DNA of 64,000 nt from Adineta vaga (taxonomy: Eukaryota; Animalia; Rotifera). Location of the stretch: positions 10,664,001-10,728,000 of the forward strand of contig CP075495.1 of NCBI GenBank assembly GCA_021613535.1, in the 5' to 3' direction. Positions within the stretch are counted from its first letter, which is position 1, and each line of letters starts with the position of its first letter. Below are positions 1-12,924 of the stretch, in pieces. Position numbers and translations under genes: made by a program. The notes beneath the pieces were generated by a model. The model was not told the origin of the DNA. It did not search any database and worked only from the letters and a program-made list of their open reading frames with translations.

Positions 1-216
1 ATGCCTGTCATATGGATTTGTCCAGCTAGACGTGATGAATTAAAACAATCACCATCATATACATCACCTGTTTATAAAACAACTGAACGTCGTGGTGTCT
101 TGTCGACAACAGGCCATAGTACTAACTTTGTGATAGCAATGAAAATTCCATCTGATAAACCTGAAGAACATTGGATAGGACGTGGTGTAGCAATGATATG
201 TCAATTGGATAATTAA
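1..216 (+). CDS. Axonemal dynein heavy chain, C-terminal end (DNAH3/7/12-like inner-arm class); 5' part outside window
   Basis: The translation [49 protein letters not shown] matches the conserved extreme C-terminus of axonemal dynein heavy chains ([18 protein letters not shown] ... HW..RGVA..CQL). Confidence 0.93.
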   Translation: MPVIWICPARRDELKQSPSYTSPVYKTTERRGVLSTTGHSTNFVIAMKIPSDKPEEHWIGRGVAMICQLDN

Positions 217-551
217 AAATTGAATATTTCTTTTCTCTCTTTTTCTACACCGTCCGGTGAATGTTTTTCATTCGATAAATCGATCCATCTTACGAAATAA
301 TATGTCTCCCAATGATAAAAAGTCTTCTATATTATTTTGTTTTTCTTCCTTCATCATATCGAATTGATAATGAAACGAGAAACAGTGTTGAATTTATTTT
401 ATTCATTCTTTTTCTTCTCTTCACATTCTTCCTTTGCTTTAATCACATCAACATTTCGTCTTCTTCTTTTCGTTTGTAAACAATTATATTATTAATTAAT
501 AAACGTTCCATTGAATGTCTTCAAATATACATCGAACATCTACTTGACTTT

Positions 552-2103
552 CTATCGTGTAGTCTCTGCTTCTTTCCGATGTTCATCTAAACGTGCAAGT
601 AACTGATCCGATGGTAAACATGTTATTGGATCGAATTGATATGGATCAGTTACTAGCATTGATGAATGACTAAATGGAAATGATTGTGGTTTTTTCAATA
701 ATAATGAACGAAATTCAATTAAATTTGTTAAACCGATTTCATGATATTCACCATAAACTTGAATAAAACCGATTTCAATGAACATTTCACTATTCGAATG
801 ATCAATGATATCATCTTCTCGAAAACATAATCGAACATAACGATTCAAACAAATATTTGATCGATGTATTCGTTTAACTTCGGACATATGAATTAAATCA
901 TTGATGCAAGATGTTTCATGTATAATTGTCCATAATCGATGAATATAAACAGTTTTACCATTTAGAATGGGTGTGAGAGGTCGTTGTCGATTTGATAATT
1001 GCATCATAGCCAGAATTGGATTTCCATCTTGACTAATAGCATTGAATGCTTCTGTTAAGTAGACAGAATATATTGGTTTAATTGAAATTAAACGAATGTC
1101 ATTTGTACATGATATGAAATATGAACATTCAATCCAACCATAATGAAGATGATGATTGGATATTAAATGAGTAAGATGTTCACGAAAACGAATGTAGAGT
1201 GTATTCTGTTGTTCAACTATAATTGTCGACTAGGACAAACAATGATTGGCATAATTGCTAGTGATTTTTCAGCAAGAAATGGCCTACGAAGAGATTTTAT
1301 AAAAATTCAGTCTGATTCATCAAGTAAACACGTTTTTACCATCCAGAATAGCCATCTGTTAATGGCCACATAATAATTTCCTTATCATATATACACGCAT
1401 TAGCAATAACTAATCGCCAATGTGGATTCGTAACTAGATCATAAAAAGGTTGAACTAAATAACTCGCTATACAAATTGATGGATATTGTTTTTGTGAAAT
1501 ATAAATTCGATAAAGAGAATCCAGATTTGTTTTATACTGTTCTTCATACAGTTCAACATACGTGCTCAAAATCTTAGCTAATGTTTCCAATGTTGTAAAA
1601 CTAAAACTAGACAGTTGATTGTCAGAACCATACACTGACTTAATATAACCACGTGTCTTCTTTTCACTCAAAAACGTTTGAATATCTAACAAATCTTTTG
1701 TATAATCTTGTGTTATTTCAACAGATAATGTTGGTATACATTGATCAATACCAAATACATCAATCATCAAAGATCGATTGATACATTGAAGTGTACTAAA
1801 AAAGTTCATTCCACCATTTCGTAATTGTGGATATTCTTGACATAGTTTTGCGACAATCAATTGACTTTGACAACTATCAGCAATTAATAGTTGTATATGT
1901 TCTTCATGAATGATAGTTCGACTCATCGATAACAATAGATTGAGATCATGTTTTGGTAAATATTTTTTATCAATAGTAAATAATTGATATTGAACATTTT
2001 TATGTTGAGTTATGAATCTAGTAATTGCTAATTCAAAATGATTTTCATAATATGGAGGAATACAAAGAATTCGTATCGATGGTAATAACGAAATTGAATT
2101 CAT
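552..2103 (-). pseudogene. ATP-grasp-fold-like protein, degenerate; apparent 1-nt frameshift near 1218 (pseudogene or assembly error)
   Basis: Exon 1 (2103-~1339) splices TG|G via a short GT-AG intron to 1283 and reads WPFLAEKSLAIMPIIVCPSRQL* (TAG 1219-1217). A shifted frame from 1217 runs open (VEQQNTLYIRFREHL..GWIECSYFISCTNDIRLISIKP) into the 552..1007 ORF. Motif order resembles ATP-grasp: QCINR, YIKS..GS, YLVQPF, CPS.L, G...EC.YF...I.LISIKP. Confidence 0.55.
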
Positions 2104-2815
2104 TTCAAATGTCTAATTAGACTTGTACTCTGTAGTCAAGCACAGCATGATCATTGTATCAATATAGCTCAGAATCGAATGAAGATATTCGTTTATTGCT
2201 CAACTGATTTTTTCCTTCTCCTTATTATTTCGAATAGTCGATGGAGGATGAAAAAGAAAAAGAACGCGCAAAAATCGTACGAACTGTCATTCGAGTTTTT
2301 TACGTACAAATGCTTGTCCTCGTTTTCTCTGTTCGTTTGATGTTATATATGTACAATTCAATACGTAGATAGACAGCAACCAAAACCATGTGTTTTTTGC
2401 GTGTTCTTTTCCTGATCTATTCTCTTTTTTGCATGATATATAATTATTATCGAGAAAGAAACAAATATCTGAATAAATTATAGAAAAACAGTGATTTATC
2501 TAGCGGAACACAAACGTATAAAAAATATTTTGTCTGGTATGTCTTGATGATCTTATTCTATGTCGTTAATAATGTGCAATATTGACTGATTTTTCTCGCT
2601 TGAATTATTTGTTCTTTTCTTTCTTTATTTCTTGATTGGTTTTTCTTTAACCTTGATGAACCAACAAATATTACAACGATAGATATTTTCTCGTATATAC
2701 TGCCAAAAAAAGAACGTATATTAACTATTACTAATTCTACTTACATTCGTTCATTTTAGATACAATGTTTTTCTAACAAACAATTAAAACTATATTCGAT
2801 TCAAATTCGTATACA

Positions 2816-4002
2816 ATGTCGACTAACCATAGTTATTCTCATGATATTGATGATAAAAAAGTTATTTCTCCAGAAATGAAACTACCACTTGTATGTATCA
2901 TATTATCTAAATTTTCTGAAATTCTCTACGTATCCTATTTCCATCTAGATCGATACCAATCCACCAGGAATTCAACGTTCATCAGCTCCATTATCACAAG
3001 ATATGATTAAAGAACATATTCGTGTTGTTATAGGCTGTGCAACTAATATTTTCTCATCAATTGGTATCATATTTCTTAATAAATATATTTTTAAACATTG
3101 TCAAATAAAAACAATGACATTAACTGCCATACAAATGGTGTTTACTTCCTTAGGTCTTTGGATTTGTTTACAAATGAATACATTTGTACGTAAATCTATT
3201 CCAATTCAAAAAGTTTTATCATTAGCGATTGTTTTTTGTGCATTTGTTGTTTTTACAAATCTATCGTTAGAATATAATACAATTGGTACATATCAATTAT
3301 TTAAAATTTTAACAACACCCGTCGTTGTTCTTATAACATGGTATTATTATAAAACAAAATATTCACGATTAGTTGTTTCAACATTGATACCTGTTGTCGT
3401 TGGTGTAGCTACACATTCGGTGAATGATATTCAATTAACAATGATAGGCACAATTATCGCTGGTATTGGAATTTTATCCGCATCACTTTATCAAGTTTGG
3501 GTTGGTGAACGTTTAAAAGAATTGGAAATAAATTCTCAACAATTATTGTATTATCAAGCACCATTATCAGCAATCTTACTTGTTCCATTTATAATCACGA
3601 TGGAAACTTTTCCATCATATGAAACAAGTGAAGAACAACGTACAGCAATTATCGCTGTTATTGCATCGGGTATTGTTGCTTTTGCTGTTAATTTATCTGT
3701 TTATTGGGTGATTAAAAATACGTAAGTAATATTATTATTCGATTTTTATTTCAATCATAAAATGATGAAAATATATGTGTTTTAGATCAGCTTTAACATA
3801 TAATATGATTGGTCATTTGAAAACAGTTTCAATTCTTCTAGGTGGTTTTATTTTATTTCAAGAAAGTCTTAATTTTAAACAATTTCTTGGTATATTATTA
3901 ACCTTATTTGGTTTATTTTCATATACATTGATTCGTATGCGTGAACAAAATCAGTTGCCTTGTACTCGATGGAATATCAATCCCACATCTAATGTTGTTT
4001 AA
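2816..4002 (+). CDS. SLC35E3: Solute carrier family 35 member E3-like nucleotide-sugar/triose-phosphate-type transporter (3 exons)
   Basis: Multi-TM protein with N..SSI.I.FLNKYIF, FTNLSLEYNTIGTYQ..K..TTPV, QQLLYYQAPLSA and SALTYNMIGHLK motifs. Introns at ~2892-2948 and ~3722-3785 keep the frame. Confidence 0.88.
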
Positions 4003-4583
4003 AAACAAAACGAAATCTTTACGAAATATTTATATATGTCAATTTATTCTCTCGTATTTCGTCTCTCAATATCAATTAACAAGACTTTTTTTCTTAAAAA
4101 TAATATTTTCATTTTCTAACTTTTTATTTATACAGTTTTAGAAGTTTTTATTTCTTTCGTTGAGTCGAAATATATAGAACATTATTGCCACGAATAAATG
4201 CATCACCATATTTATTTTTCAATTGACCACCATTATATTCTTCTGTTTGTTCTAATGCAATATTCATATAACCATCGAGACATGCCAATACACCACGATA
4301 ATCTAAACAAAAATTATAAATAATCATCAGTTGATTCTATCATGGTTCTCGCTTACCAACACCACTATTGAGTTTAACAACTACTGGTCGACCGATAATT
4401 TGTTTAAGAAAATCACTCGGTGTCTGTTTTCTTGTTGTCATAATCTTACGTTTGAAAAATCTACAACAAATGAAAACGAAGTTGTACTAAACAATTATTT
4501 TTTCTTTCATAACAAAGAAGTTTTTTTTATCCTATTTGTCGAAACAAATAATAACAATTAGAAGTAAACACAAAACAAAAAAT

Positions 4584-6609
4584 TTAAGCCACTTCCATCT
4601 TGTTAACTCCTTTTTCAAGTGCAGCTGCTCCATTTGCATGATTTTCGGCAAGAGCTTCAGCTTCTTTTCGGCGTTTCTTTTCTTTCTTCTTTCGTTTCTT
4701 TTCTTTGGACATGATCTCTTCACGTTCAGTTTCCGCTTCTTGTAATGCTAATTGCATAACATCAACATTTTTAGCTGGTAATTCTCCACTATCATAAAAT
4801 TTCAATCGATCAGATACTTGTTGTTTTAAACGATCACCGAAGACAGAAGTTGGAATATCTTTGAAATAGATTATTATAGATATGAAAATAGATTTTCTTT
4901 TCCATATAAAATTAACATACCAGAAAAACAATCAATACGTGATGCAATAGCACATTTATTAGCAAGATATCGCGAAATACGACCTTTATTTTGTGTACTT
5001 GCTTTACCAATATGTGATGAATGATAGATAAGACCATATTTTGGTGTATTACCTTTGGTTTTCAATGCTCTATTCATACGAACAGATATGTTATAGTTTT
5101 TTTTTAATGATAAATAGAAGGGAAGAAAATTTTTTTTACCGAAAGAGAGCTTTTTCAGCACCTAAGATTTGAATTGTTGAAGCTGGATATTTAGCCAAAT
5201 TGGTTAAACTACCAGCATGAGCAATAAGACGAGCACCAACCTATAATAGTTATTTCATTCTTTTTTCTTTTGCTCACAATTACTATGACTCAATAGTTAT
5301 AGTGAATTTAACTAAATGATTTACCTGTTCACCAATTAACATAGCCAAATTTGGAGCTACTTGTCCCATTTTACTTCTTAGATACTAAATAATATGATTT
5401 AGAAATGAATAAAATACGAAAGATTATTTTTCTTACTTCTTGTAAACTTTTTCGATATTCAAATAAATGAATAACACGATTAGCAAATGATTCAATATTA
5501 ATTAAATCAATTGGTGATATATCCATACCTAAAAATATCCCAATTTATAGATGATATTTTTTTTCCCGTAAAATCAATGAACAACTAACCAATTGTTGTT
5601 TTCATTGCTTCAAAAATAGCTGCTGTTTTTCCACTATCCATAGTAATAGCTTCTAATTCTTCTTCTCGATCATTTGAAAATTCTTTACGATTTTTCATCA
5701 GATGAACAACACGTGCATATGTGTAGTTATCGGATACAATTCTGATTAATTCTGGAAAATGATATCCATACCATTCTCTATAAGAACAAAAACAGCAAAT
5801 TTCATCGCAATTTATTCTAGAAACGAAGAAAATTCACAATCGATGTCTTACCGAATACGCATTGCAAATGTATTGATATCTTTATCAAGTTGATCAAGTA
5901 ATGCAATCGATTGAATAATCATGTTATCAACACGATTAACATTAAACTTAACTTTTGCACGGGAGTATGCATGACCTAAACCAAGTTGTGCTTTGTTCTG
6001 ATTTTGATCGGTAAGACCTTTGACTAAATTTGGAAAATGAAGTCGAAGACCTAATTAAACGAAAAGAAATATATAAGCATGAAGTATTTTCGTCTTCAAA
6101 ATAGTTTGCCTCGTAAAAGTTCAGGTATAACACCCGTATGTTGACATGTAATTGAAAATAATTCATTAATTGTAGATCCACTACGAGTATCAGCAACACC
6201 AAGAACCATTTTCGCCCGTTTTTTTTCTTTTGGCAAATTTGTATCAAGAAATGTTCTTAGATCATCATGAACCAAACCTAAATAAAATTTAATAAAAAAA
6301 AAATATTTTTTTTATCAACAATGAATTGTAATCACCTTCTGAAACAGCATTCATGTTATCGAGTGCATTTACACCCGATTGAAATGGATGAAAAGCGACA
6401 AGTTTAACAACCGTAGCAAATTTAGATAAATCAACTACACTTGCTTCGACTTGAGGTAGACTCATGCCAATTTCTTCAAATTCACGAACACGAAATAATG
6501 AATAACCTGAAGCATGTTCGTAGAGTACATAGAGGTTTGACTAAATGAGAAAAAAAAACAGAAAGAATTTAAGTTTTAAATCGTAAATATATGATTTGTT
6601 TCATACCAT
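4584..6609 (-). CDS. NOP56: Nucleolar protein 56 (box C/D snoRNP), multi-exon
   Basis: ATG at 6609 then an intron, then [16 protein letters not shown]. Contains [61 protein letters not shown] and [21 protein letters not shown], plus a K/E-rich tail. Confidence 0.96.
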
Positions 6610-7553
6610 CTTTTTTTAAACTTTATCGATGCGCGATAGATATCAATTCAACACTTTGCGCAAGAATACAAATCTAAAATAAATAAAGCACTAGAACAAG
6701 AGAAAATTTTCGATCGATTAGAGGAAGGAAAGGGTAAGTTTTATTTGTAGTTTGGTTTATATTTTGTCCATCAATAGAAGGGAAGAAGAATTAGAGATGG
6801 CGCTATTAATCGAAACATTTGCTTGTAAATTGTATTAGATTCTTTCTTCGAAAATATTTGATATACAAATTCGATTAGTTTCAAAACAGATTGTTTTTCT
6901 CTATCGTAATTGTTCTTCAGATATATCATTCAAAATGTTCACACTGTTTCTAACTATATTTTTAAATATCCTATAAACAAAACAGTCTATACACAAATAG
7001 TGAATAACGCCAACTGAATTGTAAATAATCTTTGAATAGATATTGATATATCAAAGTGCTTATAATAATAAACAACTTTCTATCAGATATTTATTGTTCA
7101 GTATATAATACAAATTCAAATATGAAGTCACTTTTTCGATATTTTAACTAACCGATATTCATGTCATTTGTTGATTCAATTTTTGTAGCAATACATAAAT
7201 GAACCAATATCAATTTACTATTTCGTAGATGTTTCTTTGAATGAGTGAGGTTCAAAACTAAATATTCATTGATAATATTAAATTACGACGAAAAATTGTA
7301 CAAATTTCATGAAAACTTGATTATTACAAAGACTAACAATATTTTAAATATTTTTTTCAAATATTATTCATTAATAGATGCCGCGCTCATTCAGTAGTAC
7401 AAATGGATTTAACTTCTGGATAGTATCGTTGGAAGAACGAATCATTTTGTTCTGTTTTATATTTATTCACTGATACTGTTCCATATCTATTCACTCTTGT
7501 CCGCTTGTACATCAAGCAATTATCTGTGATATTTATTGTTTACAAAATACGGA

Positions 7554-8310
7554 ATGTCTCAATCAGTAGCAGCTAAAGTAATTGACCTAGTTTTTTTGAA
7601 CGATTAAAATCGAAAAATATTTCTCATTTTATCTATGTAGACATCTTCTCAAAAACCATATCTTGATGCTGTTCGAGCAACACTTCAAGCTGCATTTTGT
7701 ATTGAAAATTTCGAATCACAAATTGTTGAACGTCATAATAAACCTGAAGTTGAAGTCAAGTAAGTATTTATTTTCTTTCAAATATTCATTTGTTTTTCTT
7801 CCTATAATTGAGTAGAACTTCGAGACAATTATCATTGAATCCAGTTACCATTAGTCGAAATGTAAATGAACGAATTCTTATCGAAAGTTCAGTGAATTCT
7901 GTTCGAGTCAGTATTGCTGTTAAACAAGTAAATATCATTTATTCAATGAAAGAATAGCAAATACTTCTTTTTATTTGTAATTAGCATGATGATCTTAAGA
8001 AAATTTTATGTAAACGATTGATGCGTTTTATGATGCAACGCGCTGATGATTTTCATATCCTTCGTCGTAAACCAATTCCTGTATGTTTATACATACGAAT
8101 TGAATATTTACTCATGTTTATTATTTCTAGGAATATGATATCAGTTTTTTAGTGACGAATTTTCATGCTGAAACAATGTATACACATCGTTTGATTGATT
8201 TTATAGTTTATTTTCTCGAAGAAATTGATAAAGAAATAAGTGAAATGAATTTAGCTGTTAGTTCACGTGCACGTATGTGTGCGGATGAACTTTTAAAACG
8301 ATTCAATTGA
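7554..8310 (+). CDS. ARPC4: Actin-related protein 2/3 complex subunit 4 (5 short exons; missing from the ORF track)
   Basis: Spliced translation includes [71 protein letters not shown] and [12 protein letters not shown]...[18 protein letters not shown]...LKRF. All introns are GT-AG. Confidence 0.95.
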
Positions 8311-8529
8311 TCAATAATGTCTTTATTTTCCATACAGTGCAATACAAATGAATATTCTTCTTTTTATTTTCATTCTTTGTCAAAAATCGATTTTGTTTTC
8401 TTATTGCTAATGAAATGATTTTTTTTTTTCTACTTGTTGATTTATTATTACATTTTTAATATACATGTTTTTTGACACAATTTTTTTCATACTTATGGAA
8501 TGAAGCTATTGATTAAGTTTATATTTAGA

Positions 8530-9289
8530 ATGAAGACAGTGGCTATAATAGTTTCAATATTACTTGTCTTATTATTTGTTGTATTATCAATATGGGACAA
8601 AGGATTGTTCAAGTTACATCCATCATTAATGGCTGTTAGTGTAAGTCTTAGATTCTTTACAATAGCTGACAATGAATCTACATAAGTAGTTTTTTTTTAT
8701 AGTACTTAGGTTGTATGTTTCAAGCGATATATATTTTTTCGACAGATGATACATCTCGTTCTCCATTAACACGACGAAAACAAATTTTTATTCATTCAAT
8801 TTTACAAGTTGGAACTATTATCTGTGCCATTATTGGTTTCATTGCAATCTATCTAAACAAAGAAGAACGAAACAAACCACATTTCGTCACTTGGTAAATA
8901 AACATAACATCAATTTTCATATTCATCAAATATTTATTTCTTATTAAAGGCATGGTTTAATTGGTCTTATTGCATTTATTTGGTCATTATTACAAGCTTT
9001 TGCTGGTCTTTTTCTCACTATTCTACAACAATACATCCATTCTTTGGGTTTAACATATGCACAACTACGTATTTACCATGCGACATCAGGTGTACTTCTT
9101 TTTACATTATCTTGTATGGTACTAATACTTGGTTTAGCTTCAAATTGGTTTAAATCTAAAATGCCTAATAATACAATTGCATACTCAATCATTTTTTATT
9201 TCTTAACCTCCAGTATGCTTTTTCTTGCTCATAAATGTGTAGAACAAGTAAAAAATCGTTATGTCAAAAGAAAAGTTGCTGTAAAATAG
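8530..9289 (+). CDS. Cytochrome b561 domain-containing protein (CYB561D2-like transmembrane reductase), 3 exons
   Basis: Heme-ligand His motifs LFKLHPSLM, IHSILQ, NKPHFVTWHGLIG (W split by an intron) and YHATSG lie within TM helices. Confidence 0.85.
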
Positions 9290-9554
9290 TCAGATCATAT
9301 TTATTACTTTCTTTTTCTTTCGTATTTTGCATGTGCTATTGTTAATTCATACTAATATATTAATAAAAGACACTGATGCGTGTTGCATGTTTTTGTTATT
9401 TAGTGCCAAACACAATTTAAATAAGCTTATGAATCCAGTAAACTATAATTAACTATTGCAAAAAAATGCTCTGCAGATCAGTTCGAAAGAATATAACAAA
9501 TTTGATACTAATTATTATATCATGTTTCTTTTTTTGGATTTATAGATTTCTAAA

Positions 9555-10769
9555 ATGAAAAGTTCGAATTTATTATTTCATATCTATTATTTGTCATCAT
9601 CGACAAGTAGACAACTTATTTATAGAAATACTTTTCAACAACGTGGTCGTCTACATACATGTTTGCCTGTTATGAACAAGGAAAAATCAATGGATAAGAT
9701 AGAATCAAAGAAATCAAATGAATTTGAAGAACAACCACACATGCGAATCATTGACAAAGCAAGTACAAAAGAAAAAAGTGATTACCATGAAGTTTTCTTC
9801 ATACTTTTGTAATCTGTGAATTTTATTATAGATCCAACAAATTATATGATGTATCATGAAATCTATTCGGAAAAAGAACTTCATAGTATCAAAATAACAC
9901 ATAAGAAATTTGAATCATGGCATGATCGAGTTGCTTATGCTGCAGTTCAAACATTACGTTTCTGTTTTGATACATTCACTGGTTATATTCATGAATCTCC
10001 TAATTCAAATTCAAATGATAAACAAGAAAAGCATCGTTCTGGAAAAACAATGACAGAAGCACAATGGCTTAGACGTATTATATTTTTGGAATCAATCGCC
10101 GGTGTACCAGGTATGGTTGCTGGCATGAGTCGTCATATGAAATCGCTTCGTAAGTGATCGAACTTGTTTTTATATAATTCTTTTCGTGTCAATAATTATA
10201 GGTACGATGCAACGTGATCATGGATGGATTCATACACTTCTGTCTGAAGCAGAAAATGAACGTATGCATTTGTTAACATTCTTAGAATTACGTCAACCTG
10301 GATGGATCTTTCGAACATTTGTTTTATTGGGACAAGGTGTTTTTTTCAATGCGTTTTTTCTGACTTATCTTTTTTCACCGAAAATTTGTCATCGATTCGT
10401 TGGTTTTCTTGAAGAAGAAGCAGTTATTACATACACACGATGTATTGAAGCACTCGATGCTGGTCGATTACCAGTATGGTCAAAAACACCAGCACCACAA
10501 ATAGCGAAAACTTATTGGAAACTAAATGATGACGCGATGATGAAGGATGTTTTACTAGCCGTACGAGCAGATGAAGCAACTCATCGACAGTAAGTTATTG
10601 TTTTCGTTTCTATTTTATCATGCCAAAATATTCATATTGTAGAGTCAATCATAAACTGGCTGATGTTGGAGCTGATGCGCCAAATCCTTATTTGAAACGA
10701 GACAACGACGAACGAGATCCACCTGATGAAAAAGAACAAAAAGAAATTGATACAGCTCACAAAAAATGA
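9555..10769 (+). CDS. AOX: Mitochondrial alternative oxidase (4 exons)
   Basis: Di-iron ligands are present: FLESIAGVPGMV, EAENERMHLLTF, HRFVGFLEEEAVITY and RADEATHRQVNH. The N-terminus is S/R-rich and transit-peptide-like. Introns ~9779-9831, ~10150-10201 and ~10591-10642; stop TGA 10767-10769. Confidence 0.97.
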
Positions 10770-11981
10770 ACATCGATTAGTTTCTTTTTATTTTATGTTT
10801 CTTTGAGAACTTTTCGGCAATATGATTTGATTTCCAGCGAGAGAAGACAATGATGAGTCAGATTGAAACACAAAATCTCATGTGATTTTTTCTATTAATA
10901 TTTCTGATGAATCTTAACTTCTTTCAAACTAATTGTTTAGAGCATATATACTATTCTTTCTCCAAATATATTCTAGTTAGATACCTATTTTTATTTGTAA
11001 ATTTAGACTTATTTCATTATTTATTATTGATTGGAACTAACATTAAATATGTAGAAATAAAAATATCATGATTTTCTCATAGCTTTCAATTATATTTTGA
11101 GCATGTCTTCAATATTGGCAATTTATATGCATATATCGAACTACTCAACGAGTAGTTATCTCAAGGTATACGATATACTGTAGAACCCATGTGAGAGATT
11201 TGTTTGAAAAGATAGAAAAAATGTGTGAACATTCCCATAAATAATGATTGAAATGTACACCGACACCATCAAAACGACAATAGTATCTTGGAGCAAAACA
11301 AAACTAAAGTAACGTCATATTTTTGAAATATATATATATATATATGTATAAGAAATACTATAAATAAAAGCGTCTTTTATAACTTCATTGATACATTATC
11401 AAAAATAAATTATTCCCAATATATTTGACAAACAAGTTCACTTTCAACTATTGATCTATTGTTAAAAGTTCATATGTATTATATTGAATTGTATACGATC
11501 ATTTTCTTCCACTCTAGAATAATTTATAAGTTCAGTGAATCTTACGAAGCTCATTATTTCCTTTTTCCTACATTGAACAATTACTCGGTTTCATCTGATA
11601 ATTGAATTGAATCGATTTTAATGATGAAAAATAAAAACTGCATCGTCAAAATTACAAAAAAAAAGGAAAGAAAAGAAATACGTATATCCTCTTCTTTACT
11701 GAAACTTTCTCTATCGAGTAATAATGTACTACTCAATTATTGGTATGTATATACAAAAGAAAAAGAAAACCAAAGATACAGACATACCATTCCTTTGGCA
11801 ATAAGAAAACGGGAGAAAGAGCACGAGGATATATGGAACACACACAAGCGAAGTACAAGAAATTTTATAGACTATTTTCTATGGTAATTTAGCACAAGAA
11901 AAAAGAAGAGAAAAGTAGATCACATAAACCGGATTGAACTTCATCACTGCTTTGTTTTTTGTATCAAAGTATATATAGATA

Positions 11982-12924
11982 TCAAAAAACTTTCCTGTCA
12001 TTGTAAGCCGACGACGTCTTATATGTTGTTGTTTCATATTTCTGATTTAATGCTGTTGGTGCAGTTGGAAACGGTCGAAAATTATGCGACGTAGCCTCGG
12101 AACTATAACGATGAAATTCTGGAGTGGCCGCTTCGAGACCACTATTACGTGGCATGAGCCAATCAACATGTTTATTATTAATTCTTAAATTACGTAAACT
12201 TCCATGAAAAAATTCTTTCGTACGAACGGATAAATATGATGGTGAATAATTTTCAGCAAAGCCAGCAATAAAAAGTGGACCACGCATATCAACTGCATTG
12301 ATACGTGGTTCTGTTTTAGTAAACTGTCGTTTATCGACTTTCATTGAAAGAAGACTACCATCCAGACGTACTTGAACACAATGCCAAATACCGTCACAAA
12401 GACGATTTTTTGTAAAATTTGTACGAACACTAAATGGGTGACCGCGAACAACAGCTCGAGCGATAAGCTACAAAAAGAAAACAAATTAACATCATAATTA
12501 TCTGCAACATTAGTTTAGATATATGCTGAATTAATCATTGCCTACTTTAAAATTTGTCACAGAATTCAATAGTACTTTTACACATGTCTTAAGGCAGTAA
12601 AAATCAAAATGTATAAGATCTTACTTGTCGATTTTGAATTTCAATTGTAAAACTTGATTCAGGTAATGTATCACCAATCCATAGTATTAAACCATCATGA
12701 GCAAATGTTTGTACTTGGAAATTTACAGTAAGTGTATCGTGAATTTTAAAATTAGGGTCTGAAAAATAAATCAAGATTTGCATCATGAAAAGACAAGATG
12801 ATTCTATGTCAATTGATTGTTTTTCCTTACCATAAAGCGCATATGCTCGTCCATCAAATTGTATTCCTTCAATGGAATTAAGATGACTGACGGATGATGA
12901 ATTGGCATAATCGAAATGATCCAT
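11982..12924 (-). CDS. Single laminin-G (LamG/LNS) domain protein, 3 coding exons
   Basis: Spliced: GIQFDGRAYA...LTVNFQVQTFAHDGLILWIG...FTIEIQNRQL...LCDGIWHCVQV...PLFIAG...FFHGSLRNLRIN. This resembles the last LG module of laminin alpha chains. Confidence 0.8.

Noticed and set aside
4861-6606. Intronic box C/D snoRNAs in NOP56
   Set aside because: Introns are only ~50-85 nt and I found no properly spaced RTGATGA...CTGA pair on the coding strand.
11140-11305. Exon-like open stretch on the - strand downstream of the LamG gene
   Set aside because: About 50 codons with no recognisable motif and no partner exons; compatible with chance.
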